Positions 51,070 through 59,114 of a stretch of 59,114 nt of DNA are shown here, piece after piece (the first letter of the stretch is position 1; every line of letters starts with the position of its first letter). The position numbers were made by a program, and so were the translations under genes. The notes beneath the pieces are model-generated. The model did no database searches and was not told where the DNA came from. It was given only the letters and a program-made list of their open reading frames with translations. This stretch comes from Savitreella phatthalungensis (Eukaryota): positions 558,001 to 617,114 of the forward strand of contig AP039696.1 in the NCBI GenBank assembly GCA_051599415.1, read 5' to 3'.

Positions 51070-54010
51070 CAAAAATTTGGCGCCGTTGGTCGTGCATCCA
51101 ACCTCATTTTGGCGCCAAAATGGCGCCGTTTGTCAGCGGGGCCGGCAAGACAAAATTTGGTCCTATCTGGAGGCCCTCAGTCAAATAATTTGATCACCAA
51201 AAAAGTATCAATTTTGGCGCCGTCGGTCAAAAATAGGTCACGTTTGGCGCCGTTGGTTCTATTTGATCACCAAAAAATATCGAAATTGGCGCCGTCGGGA
51301 GAAAATAGATTACTTGGCGCCGTTGGTTTTGTGCATCCACACAGAATTGGCGCCGTTCGTCAAGCACCTGACCAAAATTGGCGCCGTCGGTTTTGTGCAT
51401 CCACACTGAATTGGCGCCGTCGGTCAAGCATTCTAGCGCAAATTTGGCGCCGTCGGTCAACCACATAGCACTGAAATGGCGCCGTTGGTTCTGTGCATCC
51501 ACACAGAATTGGCGCCGTCGGTCAACCACATAGCACTGAAATGGCGCCGTTGGTTCTGTGCATCCACACAGAATTGGCGCCGTTCGTCAAGCACCTGACC
51601 AAAATTGGCGCCGTCGGTTTTGTGCATCCACACTGAATTGGCGCCGTCGGTCAAGCATTCTAGCGCAAATTTGGCGCCGTCGGTCAACCACATAGCACTG
51701 AAATGGCGCCGTTGGTTCTGTGCATCCACACAGAATTGGCGCCGTCGGTCAACCACATAGCACTGAAATGGCGCCGTTGGTTCTGTGCATCCACACAGAA
51801 TTGGCGCCGTTCGTCAAGCACCTGACCAAAATTGGCGCCGTCGGTTTTGTGCATCCACACTGAATTGGCGCCGTCGGTCAAGCATTCTAGCGCAAATTTG
51901 GCGCCGTCGGTCGACCACATAGCACTGAAATGGCGCCGTTGGTTCTGTGCATCCACACAGAATTGGCGCCGTCGGTCAACCACATAGCACTGAAATGGCG
52001 CCGTTGGTTCTGTGCATCCACACAGAATTGGCGCCGTTGGTCAAGCATCCTAGCACAAAATTGGCGCCGTTGGTCAATCACATAGCACAAAATTGGCGCC
52101 GTCGGTCAACCACATAGCACTGAAATGGCGCCGTTGGTTCTGTGCATCCACACAGAATTGGCGCCGTTTGTCAACCACATAGCACAAAATTGGCGCCGTC
52201 GGTCAATCACATAGTAATGATTTGGCGCCGTTGGTCAACCACATAGCAGCAAATTGGCGCCGTCGGTTTTGTGCATCCACACAGAATTGGCGCCGTTGGT
52301 CGAGCATCCTAGCACAAATTTGGCGCCGTCGGTCAATCACATAGTAATGATTTGGCGCCGTCGGTCAAACACACAGCAACAATTTGGCGCCGTCGGTCAA
52401 TCACACAGCAACAATTTGGCGCCGTCGGTCAATCACACAGCAACAATTTGGCGCCGTCGGTCAAACACACAGCAGCAAATTGGCGCCGTCGGTCAAACAC
52501 ACAGCAACAATTTGGCGCCGTCGGTCAATCACACAGCAACAATTTGGCGCCGTCGGTCAAACACACAGCAGCAAATTGGCGCCGTCGGTCAATCACATAG
52601 TAATGATTTGGCGCCATTGGTCAACCACATAGCAGCAAATTGGCGCCGTCGGTTTTGTGCATCCACACAGAATTGGCGCCGTCGGTCGAGCATCCTAGCA
52701 CAAATTTGGCGCCGTCGGTCAAACACACAGCAATGATTTGGCGCCGTCGGTCAACCACACAGCAGCAAATTGGCGCCGTTTGTTCTGTGCATCCACACAG
52801 AATTGGCGCCGTTGGTCAACCACATAGCAGCAAATTGGCGCCGTCGGTTTTGTGCATCCACACAGAATTGGCGCCGTCGGTCGAGCATCCTAGCACAAAT
52901 TTGGCGCCGTCGGTCAATCACATAGTAATGATTTGGCGCCGTCGGTCAAACACACAGCAACAATTTGGCGCCGTCGGTCAATCACACAGCAACAATTTGG
53001 CGCCGTCGGTCAATCACACAGCAACAATTTGGCGCCGTCGGTCAAACACACAGCAGCAAATTGGCGCCGTCGGTCAAACACACAGCAACAATTTGGCGCC
53101 GTCGGTCAAACACACAGCAACAATTTGGCGCCGTCGGTCAATCACACAGCAATGATTTGGCGCCGTCGGTCAATCACGTAGCACTAAATTGGCGCCGTCG
53201 GTCAACCACATAGCAGCAAATTGGCGCCGTCGGTCAAGCACCTGACCAAAATTGGCGCCGTCGGTTTTGTGCATCCACACTGAATTGGCGCCGTCGGTCA
53301 GCCACATAGCACTGAAATGGCGCCGTTGGTTCTGTGCATCCACACAGAATTGGCGCCGTTGGTCAACCACATAGCACAAAATTGGCGCCGTTGGTTTTGT
53401 GCATCCACACAGAATTGGCGCCGTCGGTCGAGCATCCTAGCACAAATTTGGCGCCGTCGGTCAATCACACAGCAATGATTTGGCGCCGTCGGTCAATCAC
53501 ACAGCAATGATTTGGCGCCGTCGGTCAAACACACAGCAACAATTTGGCGCCGTCGGTCAATCACACAGCAACAATTTGGCGCTGTCGGTCAAACACACAG
53601 CAGCAAATTGGCGCCGTCGGTCAATCACATAGTAATGATTTGGCGCCGTCGGTCAAACACACAGCAACAATTTGGCGCCGTCGGTCAATCACACAGCAAT
53701 GATTTGGCGCCGTCGGTCAAGCACCTGACCAAAATTGGCGCCGTCGGTTTTGTGCATCCACACTGAATTGGCGCCGTCGGTCAACCACATAGCACTGAAA
53801 TGGCGCCGTCGGTCAATCACATAGTAATGATTTGGCGCCGTTGGTCAACCACATAGCAGCAAATTGGCGCCGTTGGTCAACCACATAGCAGCAAATTGGC
53901 GCCGTCGGTCAACCACATAGCAGCAAATTGGCACCGTCGGTCAATCACACAGCAACAATTTGGCGCCGTCGGTCAAACACACAGCAATGATTTGGCGCCG
54001 TCAGTCAAGT
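51070..54010. repeat. Subtelomeric minisatellite, ~90 units of 31-33 bp, core (A/T)TTGGCGCCGT(C/T)GGT, with higher-order repeats
   Basis: Near-invariant TGGCGCCG core with a small recurring set of tails (TCTGTGCATCCACACAG, CAACCACATAGCACTG, CAAGCACCTGACC, CAAGCATTCTAGCGC, CAATCACACAGCAAC, CAATCACATAGTAATG). A 227-bp seven-unit block repeats about three times from 51315. Confidence 0.95.
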
Positions 54011-54039
54011 ATCCGCACCAGACTCGAATGCATTCTTGA

Positions 54040-54660
54040 CCAGCGCTTGCCAGACTCTGCAGTAGCATCAACAAGCACTTGTCAGACTCTGCAGCATGAT
54101 TGACAATCACTAGTTGGACACTACAGCATGATCAACAATCACTTGTCGGACACTAAAGCATGATTGACGAGCACTCGCTAGACTCTGAGGCATTATCGAC
54201 CAGTACTTGCGAGACTCAGCAGCATCATCGATCAGCACTTGCAAGACTCAGCAGCATCATCGACAAGACACTGAAGCATCATCGACGAGACACTGAAGCA
54301 TCATCGACGAGACACTGAAGCATCATCGACGAGCATTTGCCAAACTTAGCAGCATCATTCACAAGCACTCGCCGGACTTTGCAGCATCATTGACAAGCAC
54401 TTGCTGGACTCTGCAGCATCATCAACAAGCACTCGCCGGACTCTGCAGCATCATCGACAAGTACTCGCCGGACTTTGCAGCATCATCGACAAGCACTTGC
54501 CGCACTCTGCAGCATCATCGACAAGCACTCGCCGGACTTTGCAGCATCATCGACAAGCACTTGCCGCACTCTGCAGCATCATCGACAAGCACTCGCCGCA
54601 CTCTGCAGCATCATCAACAAGCACTCGCCAGACTGCGTCAATATCAACGAGCACCCCCAC
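54040..54660. repeat. Second subtelomeric minisatellite, 32-bp unit GCAGCATCATCGACAAGCACTCGCCGGACTCT
   Basis: Period 32 (copies at 54381, 54413...), with more eroded copies on the left; internal 22-bp sub-repeat GACACTGAAGCATCATCGACGA x3 at 54267-54332. Confidence 0.92.
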
Positions 54661-54843
54661 AGACTTGACAGGAATTCTAGCGAGGTATCAACCAGAATGC
54701 GCAGACCTACAAATGTACGTATCATCACTTTTTATCTCTTCCAACTAGGACAGTTCCAAGTAATTTTGCACAAGTTGATGTGAAGGTGATTCAAGATTGT
54801 GTGGGCGCCAGCGTGCTCTACTTAGTTGACTACACCCCACTGT

Positions 54844-57800
54844 CTAGCAAGCCGGTGTGGCGCGCCTGAGTGAGCCCTCTGATTCGACAAAGAGAGACCA
54901 GAGAAGCAAGGTTGCCAGACTTGCAGGCAGAGACGAAATCCAGAACCGGAGTTGGCGAAGGTGCAAGATAAAGCTGGTGCCGCTCGACAACATTGCTATC
55001 ACTTCCTCCTCAGAGCTGAAGTAGTGGTTCAAGGCACGCAACAGATGTGGATCCTGTCTGTGGTACAGGCCCCAGAGAAGCGGCAGCACCGTGTCCCCGA
55101 GCACGCAGCTGCTTGCCCCCTGCTGCTTCCGCGCCAGATAGCATATTTTCATCGCATTGTCGCACACATAACACACAGCCATCTTGTGGTCGTACTTTGC
55201 GGCGTCCATCTTGTCGGCCACAAAGCGTCGATGTCGGGCACAGCTGTCCTTGTTCTCAGCACGGCAATCCTCATCAAACGCCAGGCAGACAGCGCACTTG
55301 CCATTGTAGGCAGTGAGGAAGTCCACCGTCTTTTGCAACGCGTAGTCGAGTTCGTTGCGCTCAGACTCTGTCAGCTGGGCAAAAGACAGCTTGGCCTCTG
55401 TCTGGCCATTTGTTGACCTCAACGAGACAGCTGCAGAGTGTACCGTGCCGGGTGCTTGCGTTGCTGAGTTTGGTGTGGCCGGCGCTCGACCTGCGCCTCT
55501 TGTGTGCAACCCAAACTCAAGGGATGCGTTCGGCGTCGACGGCACTTGGCTGTGGACATGTGGCAACGCCGTCAGGTCTCCAGGGCTGCGGCGCACAGCT
55601 GAGTATTCCCGTCTCATGGTCCTCCGTGATGTGTTGGACGGAGTGGGAGAATGTGTACCAGGGTAAGGCCATGTCTGGTCCAGTGCCGCTCGCCCTGGCC
55701 CATTGCGCTGAGGTGCCGACGGCCGACTATATCGTGGGAGGCTTGGTCCGGGATTGCTGTACAAGGGCGACGGGCTGCTGCACACATCAGCGGTCTCTCG
55801 GCGACGTTTTGGTGACTGTCTGCCACCGGATGGCTCCAGTGTCAGGTCAACCGTGGGGTGCACAAGCACACTTGTGGCGTCTGTGAGATCTGTGACCGGA
55901 GGCGCGGCGTTGTCTGCCTCAACGCGCCTGACGGGCGCTGTTGCAAGCTGGGAGGCCGTCAAGACTGGCTGGGAGTTCTCGTCGATCTGAGACTGGCAGA
56001 GGTCACACAGCCGACGGCCTGCATTGATGCAAGTCGCTCGTCTGCCATCAAGAAAGTCCTGCATTACTGCCGTCCGGCACTCGACAGCGCTCAGCAGCCT
56101 TCTCATCTGCAGCACAGACTGGATCCGTAGCAGGCCCGCAGTGTCTCGGTTCTCGTCCTCAGGAGGCAGGAAACCTCCCGACGGCATCAGAACATACGAC
56201 CACGCACCCTTGCCATCGCGCCCTGCCCTGCCAATCTCCTGTGCATAGTCGATCAAAGAGTACGGCGCGTTGCTGTGCACAACAAGCCGGATATCTGCAC
56301 AGTCCAATCCGGTGCCGAGGGCGGTGGTGCCCACGATGACGAGTCTCGAGGAATCCTGCCGCCATGCAGCAAGTATCCGCTCGCGTTGGATATGATGGAC
56401 GCTCCTGTGGATGAGCGGCCAGCTGTTCTCCTCGGCCAGCTGTGTGGCTGCGTGCCTTGTCTTGCAGATGACCATGGCACGATCGTCGGGCTTGATCCTG
56501 TGGCGGTCGAGCAGGCGCAGCACTGTCTCAGACACAAGCTTGGAGGTGAGCCTCTGGACGGTCTCGACATTCAGGCTGATGTCCTTGCGGATGGTTTTGT
56601 GGTCCCGGAAGACAATTGTTGGCATGGGGTGATCTCGCAACACCTTCTCTGCGAGGTCATTCTGCCAGCTCCTCGGCAAGGTGCCGGTCATTAGGAGCAT
56701 CGACGTTCCAATGCCTGATAGGGTGAACAATGAGTCCATAACGTTTCTGTACCCTGACGCCGTGATGGCCGAGTGGACCTCGTCCACAATGATCTTGACC
56801 AGCCTCCCTTCGGCATGCAGTCTTTTCAGATAGTCAATATGTCTGGTTGTTGTGCCTTCCTCAACACTCACGAGATGGACCTCGCAATTGTGGGGGCCGT
56901 CTGCCCAGTCAGCGACATTGATGCCATGATGAAGGAAACGTCGCTTCAGATCCACACGAAGGGTCGCAAGAGGCGCCACCACGGCGACGACCCGTTGCGA
57001 GGGGCCACAAGTCTGGCAAGCACCATGACGGGCAGTGTCTTGCCAGCGCCGGTCTGCTGGACGACCAGGGCATTGTAGCCACGATCGTTCACAAGAAACC
57101 TTGCCAGGTCGAGCTGCCCTGGCTTCCAGGCAAAATTGTCGGTGGAAGCGCCGATGATTGACTGGGCAGCCTCGAGCAATCTTGCGTCGCTAACCTGATT
57201 GGAGACCTCACTGTCGAGCTCGGCGGATGACTGACCTGCCGGCCTGATGCCAAAGACCATTTGCCAGGCACTGCTGGCACCGAGGATGGCCATGCAATCC
57301 TCAGGTCCAAGGTACTGGAGGGGCCCGACCTGCGCAAGCTGTCCGTAGTGGTGGGTCGCCGTGTGCGCCGTGTGACCGCTCTGCTTGAGGAATGCATCGC
57401 GCATGAGCGTGTCGGGCGACCCTTTGTCCGGCATGAAAGATCTGGTGATGACCTCGGCAATCTGGCGGAGCTGGGCAAGGTTGATGGGCGGACAGCCAGC
57501 TCTGGCGCAGCAAGCTTGAAGGGACCTCCGTAGCTGATCGGACGTCAGCGGCCGGTTGTTGACAGTTGCAAACATGAAGGCCACCTGTGGCGCACAAACA
57601 CCGCAGAGTGCACGCAGCATGGGCGCCACGTACACGCAGTAGTCGACGACAAGCTGAGCAACCTCCGGCGGGAGGTAACGGTGATTCCCGACGACATCGT
57701 TGCGAGTTGTCCTTGTGGTTTTTGCGTGCTGTGCAGACAACATCAGCATTCCCGACTCGAAGCTCAGGCCGCGGCGACCTCGGTAATTGGTGTTGACGGT

Positions 57801-58902
57801 AGTCTGTAGAAGCTCGGTCCCACGCATTGGTGTACTGGCGTAAGCATGGCAGAGAACCGCGAGGCTCTTGACCAGGTCCAGCGCCTGGGCCCGATAGCGG
57901 AACCGAACAGGCGAGGCGACGACGGTGGGAACAAACACAGGCATGCAGCCCGCCGCATGGCCGTATCCGGTTGTTTCCTCGAAGGAGTCTTCAAGGTCGT
58001 CAGTCTCGCCACTGGGGACGTGGTTGCTATTGTTGTCGTCATTGTCGTCGTCATCGTCCTTGTCGGCCGATGCAGCAGCACTGTGTCGTAACCAGCCTTG
58101 ACCCTCGAACGTCTTTGATCTCTCGGCAGCCGCAATCATCTCCTTGACATGGCCGTCAAGCATGTTGTCGGTGATGAACGAGGCAAACTTGTCCGAGTGC
58201 CGAGCGGGCAGTAGCTTGTCGAGCTCGACGTGCATGTCGGTGCCAAAGGTCAGCTCCCGGTAGAGACCGCGGGCGTGCGTCAAGGTGCTGTGGTAGACCT
58301 CGGCAAGCTGTTCGAGTGTGACAGACAGACCGTCGACCAGGAAGGCACCCCCAACATAGCTGCACTGTGTGCTCGAGCGCTCGTGCTCGGCCGCACGCCG
58401 GAGGGAACAATTGAGCAGGAGGAGGAATCCCATCGGCGTGCTCCGGCTGTTGCAGAGGTAACTCCCGCAGAATGCGGCGAGGGCGTCATTGATGGGGAAC
58501 TGGTGAGTCTGGGCAATGTGGCGCATGATCATGAGCTGGGCGCAGTAGATGAGTCCTGCGCACTTGGACGAGATGGTGTGGGCGGGGTAGAACGATCCAC
58601 CGCTGGGCGGTCGCGAGGTGCGCGCAATGTACATCATCATCGGCGACTCCAGCGACGACTGTTTGATTGTCTGGGTGATCATGCCCATGATGCACTCAAA
58701 CACGGCCTCGATTGTGGGTGCGACCGCGGTCTTGCAGCAGGACACGGCTCCTGCGAGGTAGGATGAGTACTTCTGGAGGGTGCTCGGCTCCTTGTCGATC
58801 CGCATGGCGGGGCTGCCCTCACCTTCCTGTCCGGTGTACTTTGTCAGGATTGTGCGGGTGAGGAGATTGAGCCAGCCGCCACGGCAGTTGTCATGGGTCT
58901 CC
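54844..58902 (-). pseudogene. Telomere-linked RecQ-like helicase (TLH-like) with upstream tyrosine-recombinase-like domain; 5' end abuts telomere, 1-nt frameshift near 56991-57004
   Basis: ORF 56946-58902 carries MRGTEL...HAKT...LRQI...SGHTAHTATHHYG, then Q-motif-like WKPGQ and Walker A TGAGKT. ORF 54844-56982 continues VAPLATL, VDEVH, MTGT, TTALGTGLD, QEIGRAGRDG, RQC-type CR...C...CDLC and C-terminal Cys clusters. The frameshift may be a sequencing error, so the gene could be intact from ATG 58805. Confidence 0.88.
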
Positions 58903-59011
58903 TTAGGGTTTAGGGTTAGGGTTAGGGTTAGGGTTAGGGTTAGGGTTAGGGTTAGGGTTAGGGTTAGGGTTAGGGTTAGGGTTAGGGTTAGGGTTAGGGT
59001 TAGGGTTAGGG
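58903..59011 (+). repeat. Telomeric repeat (TTAGGG)n, 18 units
   Basis: TTAGGG at 58903, one extra T at 58909, then 17 perfect units 58910-59011; G-rich strand runs toward the sequence end. Confidence 0.98.
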
Positions 59012-59012
59012 T

Positions 59013-59114
59013 AGGTGCTGTTCTCGCAAAGGCAGAAAGTAGTCTTAACCTTAGCAATACGTAACTGAACCAGTAGAAGTACATCTCGCAAAGGCAGAAA
59101 GTAGTACTAATACA
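59013..59114. other. Untrimmed Oxford Nanopore native barcode + ligation adapter (artefact)
   Basis: AGGTGCTG-TTCTCGCAAAGGCAGAAAGTAGTC-TTAACCTT-AGCAATACGTAACTGAAC = native-barcode flanks, reverse complement of NB06 as I recall it, and adapter; a partial second barcode copy near 59084-59105. Confidence 0.93.

Noticed and set aside
49742..51072. Cys/His/Leu-rich minus-strand ORFs resembling metal-binding proteins
   Set aside because: Explained by the TG/CA excess from CpG erosion; no consistent motif spacing.
51077..51330. TGGCGCCGT as an LTR-retrotransposon primer-binding site
   Set aside because: No LTR, gag or pol nearby; the motif is simply the array core.
51070..54010. CRISPR array (conserved repeat plus variable spacers)
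   Set aside because: The variable parts are only ~14-18 nt and recur many times in higher-order blocks, there are no cas genes, and the context is a eukaryotic subtelomere.
51109..54783. Many repetitive ORFs (MAPSV..., WRRRS..., LQHHRQAL...)
   Set aside because: Translations of 31-33 bp minisatellites; the same peptides appear in all frames and most start at non-ATG codons.
58903..59011. Interstitial telomeric sequence or telomere-inserted retroelement
   Set aside because: The distal sequence is ONT barcode/adapter, not genomic; no RT or endonuclease ORF.
58903..59091. Poly-(LT), poly-(PN) and poly-(RV) peptides and the MYFYWF... start of ORF 56946-59084
   Set aside because: Translations of telomere repeat and sequencing adapter.

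Overview
Right-hand chromosome end of a compact, nearly intron-free ascomycete. Taphrinomycotina-like is my inference, from the S. pombe-like Top1 tail and Vps3844, the presence of complex I and TTAGGG telomeres. Bases 1-49.4 kb hold about 30 tightly packed genes with apparently unspliced CDS, mostly housekeeping: Kre33 3' end, RING E3, AlaRS, Vps3844, Alg12, PMI-like, Rrf1, SmG, polo kinase, Top1, Utp22, Rsc4-like, Cks1, arrestin, Ero1, Atp10, cyclophilin H, a lysine methyltransferase, mitochondrial AsnRS, complex I 49 kDa subunit, Taf2, MFS, amino-acid permease, Zn2Cys6 TF and calcineurin B. An intron-containing tRNA-Arg(ACG) marks an abrupt switch to a ~9.3 kb subtelomere. This contains a CpG-eroded degenerate repeat tract, a ~90-unit 31-33 bp TTGGCGCCGTCGGTC array with higher-order structure, and a second 32 bp array. 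It ends in a telomere-linked RecQ-like helicase whose upstream half carries a tyrosine-recombinase-like R-K-R-H-Y motif set. That gene has a 1-nt frameshift and runs directly into ~18 TTAGGG repeats, followed by untrimmed Oxford Nanopore barcode/adapter. The best candidate for an under-described system is this recombinase-helicase fusion plus its phased repeat arrays. All calls are by eye; no searches were run.
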